Of a DNA stretch of 64,000 nt, positions 24,847 through 37,800 are shown piece by piece; position 1 is the stretch's first letter, and each line of letters begins with the position of its first letter. This DNA is from Takakia lepidozioides. Lineage: Eukaryota > Plantae > Bryophyta. Both the position numbers and the translations under genes were made by a program. The stretch lies in NCBI GenBank assembly GCA_030704615.1, contig CM060731.1, forward strand, positions 11,470,001 through 11,534,000. Direction: 5' to 3'. A model generated the notes under the pieces. The model saw nothing but the letters and a program-made list of their open reading frames with translations, did not search any database and had not been told where the DNA came from.

Positions 24847-25518
24847 CTAAGTGGTGAGGCCCTGCAGAAAGGGACGTTGATCCAGAATATGAGGTAGCAT
24901 CTGGTAGAATGACAATGGTCTGGAACAGACACCTGCATGAGCGTTCCTGCACCTTGCGTCCTTTTCAGCCTGCAAGAAGTTGATAGCTTTGAAGAAATCA
25001 TCTGTGAAGGCGGGCACATGCTCAGCGGGCACACGATCAGCTCGATCGACTGTTCGTCTCTTCCGCAATTTTCCTCCCAGTGTGAATTTGAACTTGCTTT
25101 TCCCATCAGGGCTGTCGCAGAGCCCACTTCTACATTCACAACGCGGCTGGCCTTTGGTGATGGACCCGTTGTTCCAGTAGAGGAACTTAATCTTGTCAGA
25201 CAGACAGCGAGGACACTTCTTCTCCAATGGATGAAGCTCCAGAAAACGCTCAAGCTCGGCCGTGTCTCCTACCTCACCTCTTTTTCTTTTCTTGGTTGTT
25301 GCTTGCTCAGAATCGGCCGCCATTCGTTCAACTTCCTGCAGAGCAGGGTCTTGCGTTGCCTGAATATCAGGGATCTCTCCACCATAGATCTTTGGTGCAA
25401 GTTCACCAGGTTGTTGCTGTTGCAGTGGTCCAATCTCACCATCGGGACCTTTGACGAAATCCTCTAGAAACTGCATCCAATCTGTCTCATCAGTGTAAGC
25501 TTCTGCAAATTCCCCCAT
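24847..25518 (-). CDS. Intronless divergent Dof-type zinc-finger protein
   Basis: CPRCLSDKIKFLYWNNGSITKGQPRCECRSGLC..FTLGGKLRK compared with the Dof consensus CPRCxSxxTKFCYYNNYxxxQPRxFCKxCxRYWTxGGxLRN; KKRKR NLS; acidic N-terminus; ATG at 25518. Confidence 0.65.
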   Translation of the reverse strand: MGEFAEAYTDETDWMQFLEDFVKGPDGEIGPLQQQQPGELAPKIYGGEIPDIQATQDPALQEVERMAADSEQATTKKRKRGEVGDTAELERFLELHPLEKKCPRCLSDKIKFLYWNNGSITKGQPRCECRSGLCDSPDGKSKFKFTLGGKLRKRRTVDRADRVPAEHVPAFTDDFFKAINFLQAEKDARCRNAHAGVCSRPLSFYQMLPHILDQRPFLQGLTT

Positions 25519-25800
25519 GAAGCGCACCTCTCAGATCACAGCGGGACGAACAATGACGAGCCGATGCACACACACATGCGCCACCCCTCAGCACCAAGTC
25601 TCAGGCGTAATGAGGATAGCAGTGTGGATCATACCCGCGCACAAGGATGATTTGGAGTGTTTCATTGAAGGAAAATAGGCCACATTTCCTAATTAAGACA
25701 CTGAGCTGTCCAGAAACGGGCCCTGGTCTTTCCCAGGTGTTTTCCCAGGTGTTTCCCATAAAACAAATTTTTTTAAAAAGACACGTCAATTAACACTTAA

Positions 25801-26626
25801 CCCTTAAGTTCCCAAGCCCTTTTTTGACTTTTTACCAATTTTGGGTACCCAGCTGCAGTAAATTGCCCCTAGAAACCTACCAAAAATCATCCACAGATTC
25901 CAGCCTTATAGCAATGGGCCCAGCTCATTTATGCATGACATACCAAAAAATGAGCCAAGTCCACCGTGGAAATTGTGAGATTATAGCGTTGGCCAGAACC
26001 TCAAATATCAGGTCCCAAATAAAAAGTGAGAAAGAAATTGGTTTGACCAAATCAAAACCTAGCTTTATCCAATTTTGCTTGCCGCAAGACCCACCATTTC
26101 CAAATCAATAGTGGAGTGGCCATGACCCCACTAAATTGCAGGTCCAACTGATTTTTTCACCTATGCTTGCTTTGCATGCAATTACATGGGGGTTGAAATC
26201 TCAAAATTGACAACAGAAAATGTGCCTCCAAATGAAGTACTTTTTTTTCTACAAATTTTTAAAAGCCAATGGTGGATGTGTGTATGTAATGCTCACACAC
26301 CACAAGGTGAAGTATTTTTTCCAAAATTGCTAATTTTCTGCCAAACATGGCCTTTGGAGTGCAATCTGTTTTGGGCTTGTTTACCTGCCACGTCAGCGGT
26401 CAACAGCCCTTTTCAGGCCCCAAAACGTAAATGAGAGATCTAAGATATTTTTTGTAAGTCGCAGCTTTTGTTTTTTTTTTTTTTTTTTTTTTTTTTTCAT
26501 CATACTCGAGACAAATCCCTTGTCATTAAAGCTTCAGGAGTGGGCCCCATCAGATTAGATCTGCAAAAATTTGGTCGAACTGCAAATTCAAAGTGACCCC
26601 ATTCAGGTCGCTTGGGAACTTAAGGG
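25801..26626. mobile_element. Non-autonomous piggyBac-type DNA transposon (826 bp)
   Basis: Perfect 17-bp TIRs CCCTTAAGTTCCCAAGC (25801-25817) and GCTTGGGAACTTAAGGG (26610-26626), each flanked by TTAA (25797-25800, 26627-26630). No transposase ORF. Confidence 0.8.
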
Positions 26627-27564
26627 TTAAGGGAAATTGTGGCAACAGGAATTTTTTTTTCCCTTTTTTGTTTCTTGTTTTGGTATTTTGTTTTTATTTT
26701 TTTTGGGATGGTAAAATATTTTTGGTGGGCAACATAGCCCTTACAAGTTATTTGGGTTTATTCGGGGAAAAAAATTAAAACCCCTGTGAATAAAGGACCC
26801 TGACCCCTCATCGAGGGAGAACCCTTGACCTACTGCAAAATACAGTACAAAATCTCCAGACCTACTTTTGGTTGATGTTGAGAGTAATGGGGGCAATGCC
26901 CGCCAGATACAAGCCCTAGAAATTTTCTGTGAAAGATCTTGACGCAGTGTGCTCCTATTGGATCACTGCATTTCACTTTTCACCTGGGCATGGAACTCAT
27001 GTTGGATGTTTTGGGACGTTCCCGAATTGATTGGGCTCTCTTTGGATGCACCAAGGTCTTGTCAGGCAGTCAGATTTATTTCTATTGGCCACGCAAGGCC
27101 TCATTTCATCCACACTGATGACATTGTGGTTACAAAGTGTTTTTCATACATGACAAGGAGATTCGTCTCTCTCTCTTCTGATGCCCGGAACCATGGAGGC
27201 ATGTCCTCTCCTTCCTCCTGCTGGCAATGTGGACGAAGCATCCATCTGTGTTCACCGTGTAAGCTGCTCCTGTGCCAGGCGGTGAAGTATTTGGCAGAGA
27301 CGACCGCTTTGGGAGAGAGCACAAGATCAAACAGCTTGTCAAACCCCTGGCTTGCACACATCTACCAAATCATCCTCAACAATAACGTCAATGGAGTGTG
27401 GAAGCTGGCCTACGAAGCCTTCTTTCTGCTTGCTGGGGCTGGAGCTTTTGTGTCTGATTAGCGGTGCCCAAGCTCAAGGGGAGTTTCACAAGCTAGCCGT
27501 CACAAACTGTGACTGTTAACCAAACACGGGAAACTTTGTAGTCGCTCCGAAAACTCCGAGAGTG

Positions 27565-27793
27565 GGCGAAGAAGATCAGAAGTAACGCGGATGCGAAGAT
27601 CCTCTTTCGGAAAACAAACGATGTAAAGAAGATTGTTTTCTTAACCCGAGCTACACATCACGCAATGAAGGAAACAGATTCGCTGTACTTATTGGAGGAC
27701 AGGGCTTTTCTCCGACCAGGAACAATCCATCAAATGACATTTAACTTCGAACAGCACACTATGAGAAACTAATTTCAGATTAATAGTGCCAAA
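27565..27793 (+). repeat. Dispersed repeat C; direct copy of 53891-54150
   Basis: ggcgaa..ctctttcg..aaacaaacga..cttaacccgag..gcaatgaaggaaacagat..ctccgaccagg..gacatttaactt..tttcagatta.tagtgccaaat occurs in both places. Confidence 0.85.
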
Positions 27794-27993
27794 TCAGACG
27801 TGCAAGAGACTTGGTATACCTACAAGCAACAGGCGAGCAGGTCCAACTATCAATCCATCAAACAACCTACATCTGAGCCACATCTGTGAATAGTCCAGCC
27901 AAAAAATGCTGGAGTACGTGCAGTTCACCAGAACTACAAACAGCATTTCACATGACCCTGAGTTAAAGTCAAGAGCTTGAGGGTCTGAGGAAA

Positions 27994-30900
27994 TCAAAGG
28001 TGAACACTGCTAAGCTGAAGGACATTCATGGGGGAGACTGCAGAGGGGGGACCCTCGAACAGTAATCTCCCCAAAATCACATTCACTGCCTCAGTGGGAT
28101 GGTAAGGGTCCCAGAAAATGTATTTGGATCTGTCGGGACAAAGAGAAAGTCCTTGTATGCAAGGGAGTTGTCCTTTGTAAGTTCCCCCACCACAGCATCC
28201 CTGATCCTTCACGGTGAACCCTGTAAATACAGGAACATGTACTGTTATCCACCGAGGATTCCACCATATTACCCAATTCTGCCTAACTAAAGCTCCCACT
28301 CATAAGATCTCTCTATTTCAAAAGGACACACCCTCCTAAAAATTCTCTTGCACACGCAGTGACTTCTCTCTAGGTCTACTCATAGGAACACCAAAGCTTA
28401 TAAGCATTTTAAATGTGAGCACCAACCATAGCTTTTAGCACTAGCCATATGAACATAGGAGAAATATTTTCAAGCTTCTGCCATTTGCTTTGTATTTAGA
28501 AATGCCAAATGAGTACACCTAGACAGAATAGATCGAGTTGAAACTGAACAAGCAAGTTGCACATACCATAAGAAGCTCCATCCCGGATCAGGCCATAAAA
28601 TGAATCATAGGCGTTCCCGTACAGCCAGATTGATCCTGGTAGAGTGCTGGTCAACTCCTCGAGAACTCCTTTCAAGGCCGCATTGAACCCAACAACCTTT
28701 TCATTATCAGCTTGGATGCACTCACCATTCTGGCTTCCAGCTGCTGCCAACCGGGAGGGAATGCAACCTAGTGGACCAACGTTTGAGATGACTATTTTCC
28801 GGGCACCCAAGTTATACAGTCTCTGCACCACAGTAATGAGATCAGGCCACATGACACATTGTCCATCATGTCCTCTTAATGCATTCCCATTCAGTCCCTG
28901 CATCTTTGAGAAATTGTAGGTGCTCTTCTGTTAGTGCTCTCTAGCAACAATTTGGTTCAGGAGATTTCTTTAGGAAAGGGGAGGCCCACATGCACTTCAA
29001 AAGGAATTTTGTCGGTAATGCTCCCATACTGCTGATCACACTGCTTTCCCCCTAATTTCAGGGCTGTCGTGGCCAAGGGAATACAGCAGTGTATTCTACT
29101 GACAAACCGCGCCCCCTGAAGATATTAACTCGGACGAAGCAAGCTTCATGCTGATCACCGATTAAGGGTTGCCTCATGCTAGGTCTAGGAGACTGCTGCG
29201 GTGCTCATATACAATGTAATGTCTTTGACTGTCTGATTCAGCCAGAAAAAGCTTGATTTATTGCTGAACGTGTGTGTAGCACTAGTATGGTCCACATCCA
29301 GTCTCCACATTTTCCTCCCATCCATCCCCACCGTCCTACTCTGGTAGGCTCCTGACTGTGGATAAGTCTTTCTTTGCCAAGAATAGTCTCCTTACAGAAC
29401 ATAGCTCTGGCTCCCCTTCCCATCTACTGACCAGTGGGTTAGACCCCTTCACCTGCCCCAGCAGGGTAATATCTGGAGAGCATATGGCCTCGATCCTGGA
29501 CCCCCCGGGATCATTGAATCACTAGAAAAATGATGGCCCAAATAGAATTTTCAGAAACAAGGGAAGCAGGTCTAGAGCTAGAGATAAATACCTCGAGCTG
29601 CCCTCGGTATGTCTCTATGAGAAGGTCTTCATACGCTTGTGGGGTATAGATTGGTCTGGTCTTTGAAGCGAGGAGAAAATAGTTGTTGATGTAGTCATTG
29701 TTTCCAAGGAGTATTGCAAAAAGCGAATTCGCAACATGATCTTTGGTGGCCTGTGGGCCTAACATCGATTTGAGTTCGGAAACAGTTTTTTCGAAATAAT
29801 CTAATTGTATGTCGAATGACAACCGAGCAAACTGCACCCGCCATTGCCCGTTCACTTTCCTATCTGCTCATGCTCTCACATAATGGGTCTAGAGATTAAG
29901 ATACATTCAAACTGACTGATCGTAGATCGATGATGCACTGTTGCTGTGCACTCCACACTTTTGAAGGACGTTTGGACATTGGCTTTGATGCAGCCTGCAA
30001 ATGTCTACCCTAGAAGTGTTCAAAATGTAAAAGTTAAAGTGTCTCATGACTTTGGAAACTCACTGTGTCATGCACTAATCCCTCTGAAGGAAGTTGAATG
30101 CTAATGTCACCTATTGAAGAGAAATATGGTCCGACAGCGACAGAAGCACTGCAAGAGCTACATGCATGATGACCCCCGGAAAGATGGCTTCAAAAGCCCT
30201 AAAGCTGCTCGGGAGACAGAACAGGAAGAACTCCAATGATCCAGAGGCTGCGATATGACATACTTCGGGAAACGTTGACAATTAACAGGGACGCTCGAGA
30301 GTAATCATATCTTACTGGACACCATTAGTTGAAAATTCGAAGAGAACGCCACATTTCTAGGAAAGAGGGGTAGAGCCCAAAAGATCACGTAAACGTACAT
30401 AATTGAACCCGGTTCCATTAAGGATGCCGCCTGCACCTGACGCATAGTTCAGTCCCTGGAGTATCGCTCTCCCAGTAGACGAAGGAGCCAGAAATGGCGG
30501 GGGGAACGGGAGGTTGATATATTGAGCTGCGATCACACACATTTTTATCTTAGCTGGTCAACTTACAAAAGAGACATCAGCACTTTGAAAATGAGTTTGC
30601 TTTTCCCTCGATGGACTGCACTTTGTGCAACTCAGTTCGGATACTTGTGGATGATGGTAGCATGTAAATACCAGGTCCATGTACAAGAGTAATGGCTGTT
30701 GCCCGTCTGTGCAAAAAATATCATTCCTACACTAAAATACTCGTCACCAATTCTGGCAACAGAGCACGCATTTCTCACAAGGCACAGACACACAAGTCAA
30801 TGATTCATTCAGAACTCGGGTTTCTGCTCTAAGTGTGGCCAAACATCTGCTCACAAATAATCAGGAAGGCTTACCCAGAATGTCGAACACTGTTTTCCCA

Positions 30901-31121
30901 TTACAGAATCGGCCAGTTGCTTGATGGTTAGGGAAGTCAATCCCATTGGGTACTGTGTTAGCCTTCGCAATCGATGAAATGTAGTTGTTGTTTCCCACGT
31001 CTACGAGCGAGTCTCCCAAGATGAACAACGCGGGGTAGAGAGGGGGCGCTTGTGCCCTTGCCAATGTGCACCACAACGATACAAGTATGAAGGTAAACCT
31101 TGATGGGTGTTGGGCAGCCAT
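27994..31121 (-). CDS. GDSL esterase/lipase, 5 exons
   Basis: Exons 31121-30875, 30526-30399, 29831-29592, 28822-28567 and 28220-27994. Signal peptide, ILGDSLVDVGNNN, GRFCNG, GLNYASGAGG, GNNDY, GPLGCIP, FWDPYHPTE. Confidence 0.95.
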
Positions 31122-32727
31122 AGCCACTAGCAACAGCTACACCAAGTGAAGCACTATGATTACTCTTATATCATGTGGTCCGAAAGTTAAAAACGTGAGA
31201 GGCACTTCAAGACTGCACCTTCGAACAGCACTGGAAGAGCTTGAGAGCTGGTGACGATAGGCCAGGGGATAGGGTGGCGAACAACGTTATATGGTGCGTG
31301 ACATACTAGAAGGAATCCCAAGTCTTTTCAGACCTGCGGCTACCCTCTGATATACGCTTCACGTGTAAGCTGGACCCAATCTATGAGGGAGAGAAGGACA
31401 CCAGCTGCAGATTCAAAAATACTCCAAGCTCTAACGTGAAGCTGGACGAACTTTTCCCGCAGAGAAGGAGACAGTGCTGTGTGTACTAGCCTGAAGCAGC
31501 AAGACTGGCTGCCCACTTACCCAGCACTTGGATCCTAATAAGAAGAGGATGGAATTAAAGATCTCGAAGGTGGCAACCCAAGACCCAAGACCTTTCATGC
31601 AACTACTTAGCCTACTGTCATCTACACTTGTGTAAAGCGGAGAGTTACACAGCTGTTGGCCCTTGTGATTCGTGATTCTAGAGATCCAAAGCTCAACTGT
31701 ACTCGACCTTCTCGGACCTGATTTCGTGGGTATTTGCCCGCCCAAAACAGCCCGGAAACTGGGGTGGACTCCCAGTTGCAGCATGTGTGACCCGTGACCG
31801 CGATGGGGTGCCCTGGCAGCAAGGCTCGCCCAGGCCCGGGCCTGTAGAGGGCCGCAGGCTAGCGGTCTGCTGTGTTTCACCGGGTTGGGAGCAGGCAGGC
31901 CGGGTCAAGAGTAGTAAAAACTTTGTGAGAGGGTGCCCAGAAATGGAATATGCCCTCAGAAGTAAAAACAAAAACAAAAATGTAGGGAGAAAATAATTCT
32001 CAAAGCTTTTATGAGCCTTGATTCATATTCTCTTCCTTCGATGACTCTGATTTCTCTTCAAGCTTTTGTGGGGCCAGCTATTGAAGGTAAACTGTTACCT
32101 ATCAGTTTCAAGCGTCAAAATTAGATGGTTGTCTGCAGTGAGAATGTCTATGGCTACTAAAATTTGCTCCTTGTTTGATACATAACAGCCTAGAGCTTCT
32201 CATCCCATCCCTCGCATTCAAGGACAAAGGGTTTGTGTGACTGTAGGGATACACATGATAAACGAGTCTTTATGAGGGTCCAATCATACATACTGCCATT
32301 CCATGGCATTCTTAGCAGCCACCCACAATCTAGATAAGTATGCAAACACAATCACACATTCTTTGCTGGTGTGAAACACACACCAGACAGCCAGAAAAGA
32401 GAAAGCATTCAATCTCCTCTGATTGTGAAAGCAGTGTTGGTTTTGGCTTTTTACAGAAAAAGGACGTTGCCAGAATGCTCAACCGCGTTTGGCACCAGGC
32501 TCATTAACCTTCTGCAGCATTTTCACTAAATACAGTAGGATAATTAAACAGTTTACACAGTCAAGTTAGGTTTACTGGCATTATTATGTCACCCAGTACT
32601 TCAGAATCTGTAAACTACAAGGGACTAGAATCTAGATGCTCCTGCTTCTGTCTCATGATTGTTAGTGTTTTCAATCATGTTCAGTTTGAGCCTGGTTCTT
32701 GCACCTAAATAAGTTTAGAACTCACAC

Positions 32728-33016
32728 CAGGCGTTTTTTTTTTTTGGCGAATTTTCGCCAAATGGCGACCTCAAAAAATAGAAAAGAATATTCTGTAGCA
32801 AATTCCATGTTTTTCATGGATGAAATCGCCAATTTCTCCAAAAACAAAATTATGGATGATTTCGCCAAATATGGATGATATGAATGGATGATATGAATGG
32901 ATGAAAGTATGGATGTGGATGATTCTGTCCTAATTTGAATGGATAATATATGCCTAATGTTTGCAAGACTCTGTAGCCACTCGTGCTATTTTCCGAATTA
33001 TAAAAAAAAAACTCTG
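32728..33016 (+). mobile_element. hAT-type MITE, copy 2, with 8-bp TSD
   Basis: Termini CAGGCGTTTTTT / AAAAAACTCTG; perfect 8-bp TSD ACTCACAC at 32720-32727 and 33017-33024. Confidence 0.85.
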
Positions 33017-36000
33017 ACTCACACCAGCCCTGGTAACTCATATATCTCTTACAAGGTCTTGCTGACACAGTTCACTGACGATCTTGATCATTTCTCCAAA
33101 GGCGTTTGGACAGGCCAGTCTAGAAAACAGTTAACATTCTCATAGGTAAGAAAGGAAGTTTTGATAGAAAGTTGATAGTAACATCCACCCACATTGTACA
33201 TATATATATACATTTGAAAGGGAAGATTTAATAGATGAAAAAATAAGACTTGCTGGAGAAGACTTGCTAGAATAATTTGCTTGAACAGTTAAGACTTGCT
33301 TGAAGAAACCAGATTTATTATAATTTGCTTTTACTTTTACTTTTTATTTTTTTGTAAGGGAAACACCTAGGAACGATTTTTTTATTTTTTATTTTTACAG
33401 TTGATGCATCCAAATAGGAGATGTAGTTCACCTCTTTTGTAAGTTAGGAGTTAGAGCATCCCCACCCTAGAGTGAACCTAGTACGCCAATGGAACATGAG
33501 GGTATGGAATAGGGATACTCATTTGTGACAGTAACCAAGAAATCCATGATATATCGCATGACTTGTTAAGTTTGAATCAGATCTGAAAGGCATGTTGTAT
33601 TACATGCAACATTGCTTTATTGAGTAGTATTGAAAGTGCACATCCATCACACATCTTTTTGCATCAAAATCCTAGCTAGAGTGATTGGGTCTTATGGGAA
33701 GTCACGGTATAGCTTTACCACAATCTAACTTGAGGAATCTCACCTGCTTCTGAGTAAGTAGATAGAGAAAGAGTGGCCCTGAGCTTATTAGGCTGTCCCA
33801 GTGCTCTGATCACATCTGCTGCAAGATGTACCAGATCATGGACATGGAAACCCACCCTGCCATCAACTCGATCTGTGGAAATGTATTATCGGCAATCCAT
33901 TCAACTTGTTGGCTTTGAAATCAACAGTTATGGATTGACTGGACAATTGGTGAGGATGCTTGCTTTCCGATTTGGACATAAACATCTAGGCTTTTAAACT
34001 CGCCAGTTTTTAGCCCACTTATAGTTTGTATGTAGGCCACCCGCCTGAACAGTTGCATGTAATGAGGGTGGATATTTGTTTCTGTTGAAGATCGATTATG
34101 AGGGGTATTCTTCAACAACAAGGTGATGAGGAGGTAGTGGCAGCAAACACTCCAACTCAAACTTCAGATATACTTCAGATACGCGGGTTCATTATAGCCG
34201 AGAGCCACTCCCATAGGTACAGCAGCGGTCACACTGAACTCACAGACGAAGACTAATAAAGCCATTGAATGTCGAGCCTTTGTCCTGGCTCACTATGCTG
34301 CTACAAAAGCTATTGGTCTCCCACCTTTGCAATGATACATGCATCCCATCACTCCTTTCAACAGTAAAAGAGTGCCAGATGCCAGCCTAGTTGCCAAATC
34401 ATCTCTCTTCCTTTCTCGAGCAGCAAATTGTTGCAAAACTGTTCGGCTCCACACACTTGATTCCACGTTTGTGGGCACGCTATGAGCCGAGGACTTAGGT
34501 CCTGATCACTCAATGAAGCTGCCTCTGGCGTCTTGCTAAGAAAATAGCCATTTGCATTAATGTATCCGCGCCCCCCTCATTACAATGTACCCGCGCCAGG
34601 CCGTAATGAATGAGCCCATGAGAAAATTGCCTTGGAATAGGTCAACCGTTAGTCATTTCCGATGGAAATGCGATGTGTGATCTGTTTGATTATTCTCTTC
34701 AACTGTGTTTCATAGGAATGAAGGGTCCGAGGGTTCTCATCAATATTTCACCTATTTTGAGTCACTTGCAGAGCTCCAAAATCTAACTAATGTGGGGCTC
34801 CAATTCCCGTGTATTGATTGCTGCTAAACCCCTTTGGCCTTTGTGGGTGCTGGCATGTGAAAGGTTGTGCAGGTTGCCCTCCAGTTGATCGGCCTACTGT
34901 CTACCTCGCAACTGCGTGGATTGAAAACACATCACCCGAGCCCTACCTAACCCAAGGATTTACAGTGTGAGCATCAGCCGCACATCATAATGGCATCACA
35001 TTTCCAATTTGACCTTCACTCCTGCTAGTCTAATTGTTTTCAGAGGTCAAGCAAATGTATAGAGGTCAAACCCCCTATAGTTAGAAAGGAAGAAATGAAA
35101 TGGAATGAAATGATCCAATTTTTAAAGTCCACGGAAAGCTCATACTTGGAGCCCATAGAGAAAGCAGGAAACAAGAAAGAGAATGACCAGGTCTTAAGAT
35201 AAAACGCCTCATGCGGATATGATGCTAAGTATTGTTATCCTGGTACCTGAACCCCTCTAGAGTCTGTAGGGGATGCTTGAAATAAGCAGTAGTATCTCCT
35301 CCAGACTCATAGTGGAGAGGACAGTCAAAGAAGAGACGTTCTTCAGTTTTAATCTCCAAGCGGACAGCACTCTGTAGGTTGTCCCTCCTACCACTATATG
35401 CATATCCTCAACATCAACCTTCCAAGATGTCACTTCGCGCGGGCTCGCACATGGATATCAGGTTTGATGAAGGTACCAACTACCAACAATACTCTTTGAG
35501 AGTCAAAATTGTATAAAGAACTGTAGATGTGGTGCTGAGAATCTTGTTGCCCAGCCCGGCCGTTCATGTGACTGCGAATTTGCACACTCTGATAGTCTCC
35601 CGGGTAAGAACGGAGTGGGTTAGGCCTCTGACTTTTTGTGTGCACACACGATGGAATAACATCGGTTCCAGCTCTGCACAACTCCAACAAGGATATTTCC
35701 GGTGCCATTCCTCATTTTCCTTCGCAGACAGCAGGGGTACTGGTTTGCCCCCATTAGCTCTCACATGAAGAGTTCGAACAGCCAGATCCGACACGTTCGG
35801 CAATTCATACTCCCCCTGAGGTTCCCCATTATCCAAAGCTTGAATTCACGGGTAGCTGAATTGAAATGAGCAGGGCAGCTTACCAGTTTCTTGTTAAAGA
35901 ACTTTCAGATCCTTGGCGATCGTGAAGGAGAACTGAGATGTCCGAAGTTGCTATAGATTAAACTCGAAGCATATACAATATACTAATCCCAAGTCTAAGA

Positions 36001-36362
36001 GAGCGGGGAAGCTACTCATTTCATTTCATGATTAACTACTGGCGACTGGCGGAGTGGTCCACTAAATTAACCTACTTCACAACTATTTGATCTGTCCTAC
36101 TTGGAACAATCTGGTGTAGTCAACAAACCGACCGGTACATGCATACATACGACGATATTCTTTTACTAAAATACTCGAACTTGGAAGCTATTCATTGTTC
36201 CAACAGAGTATACAAAAAGAATGTCATTCTAGTTTAGACTTTATGCTCCAAGTTTTGGCATAATTCGAGTAGTCAATTGTCATCAAGTGCAAAGAAGAAA
36301 CCAGAGGTGGCTATGAACTCTCTTTCTCTCTCTCTGATTCTCTCTGGTTCTTGCTAAGCATT

Positions 36363-36888
36363 GAGGTCGACATCAACCTTGCGTCAACGCAAGGTTGAAG
36401 TCGACCTCCCAAGTGTATATATTGGGCATAAAAACAGTGCAGATGTTGCACTACAATCAAGCTAGACAGACATGGATGCTTGCGACGCATCATCAAGTTC
36501 GAAGAAGAAGAAGAGACAGCAATCTCCTTTTCCTGTAGCTTTTGTGTTTGTTCAACACCGATCCGAGAGCTCGCAATCAACCTTGCGTCAACGCAAGGTT
36601 GATGCCTACCTCCATGGTGTATGTTAGAACTTCTAGTGAAACGAACAGATGCCGCACTTGAATCAACATTGCGTTGACGCAAGGCTGGTTTTGATGATTT
36701 TTTTGTTCAATGGAGGCGTCCGATCTCTCATATCCTGAAATGTAAGGTAGGGAAAGTTGATTAGTTGAAGCTCCCAAAAGAACCCTGCGTCAACGCAAAG
36801 CATTTTTTTGTTTGAAAAGTCTTTCCTGTATGCTTTTAAGTCTAAACTACATCCCCATCAATCAACCTTGCGTCAAAGCAATGTTGAT
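36363..36888. repeat. Cluster 1 of ~24-bp palindromes (5 copies) upstream of the ParB-MTase gene
   Basis: Copies at ~36373 (inside a 46-bp hairpin, 36363-36408), 36576, 36662, 36781 and 36861; consensus CAACMTTGCGTcaACGCAAKGTTG. Confidence 0.9.
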
Positions 36889-37800
36889 CCATGGGTGCTC
36901 AATCTGTCACTCACAGATAATTCATTCTGTGCAGAGGAAAAGAAAAAGGAAATCCGAGGGGGAAGATTTGGCCGCGTCAGAAGGTGAAGGTGAGGAAGAC
37001 GCATTGGAGGGAAACTATGAAGACAAGGCCGAGGAGATAATTGGTGGGCAAAAAGTGAACTCGTCGAAGGTGATTCTGTCGATGGAGGTTCCGGGCGGAA
37101 ACCTGGTCATTCCGCTGTGCAGGATGATCTCCATGCCCGCTGTTTAACCGGCATTGAGGAATGATATAACGAAGTTGAAGAACGACTTTGTTCACGGCTA
37201 TGTCAAGGGATCAGCAGTGTTCTACGTATCCACTATGAACACGAAAGGAGAGGAGTGTCTTGTAACAGAGGACATTGAGCAAGGTTGGGATGCATGCTGG
37301 CGGGATGTAAACAGGGAGTTCGAGTTTAAGCTGTCCAAAAAGGCCTCCACAAAAGCATTCATGGGAAAGATGTTTTTTGTCTGGGATGGGAACCACAGAC
37401 TGCTTGCCTGGATGGATTACATTTCAAGCTTGCACTCGGACGACATCGAATGGCACTGGAGCGTGGTTTCCATGGTTCTTGATCACAAAGGACGTGTCAC
37501 ACAGCTCTTGACAGCCATGCACGACATAAACAAGTAAGTTTCCAACTTTGTGTCTGTTACTTGTTTCGACAATTTAAAATCATCTTATGAGTTGAAGGTT
37601 TTTCCAGGTCCAATGAAACATCACATGTGACGACCAATCTGTGCCACACTCTATTCCGCATCCAGAAGGTAGGGCTGATGCCACTGGAGTCATTCACGAA
37701 CGTGCTCAGTCCTCAGCAGATGAAGAGGTGTGCTGAGAAGAAGACAAGCACATGGTACAGCTTGACAAGGGAGGCTTTTCTTGAGTACATGTACACTATA

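Noticed and set aside
26949-27461. Overlapping ORFs of 170, 86 and 75 aa
   Set aside because: No recognisable motif or consistent splice structure.
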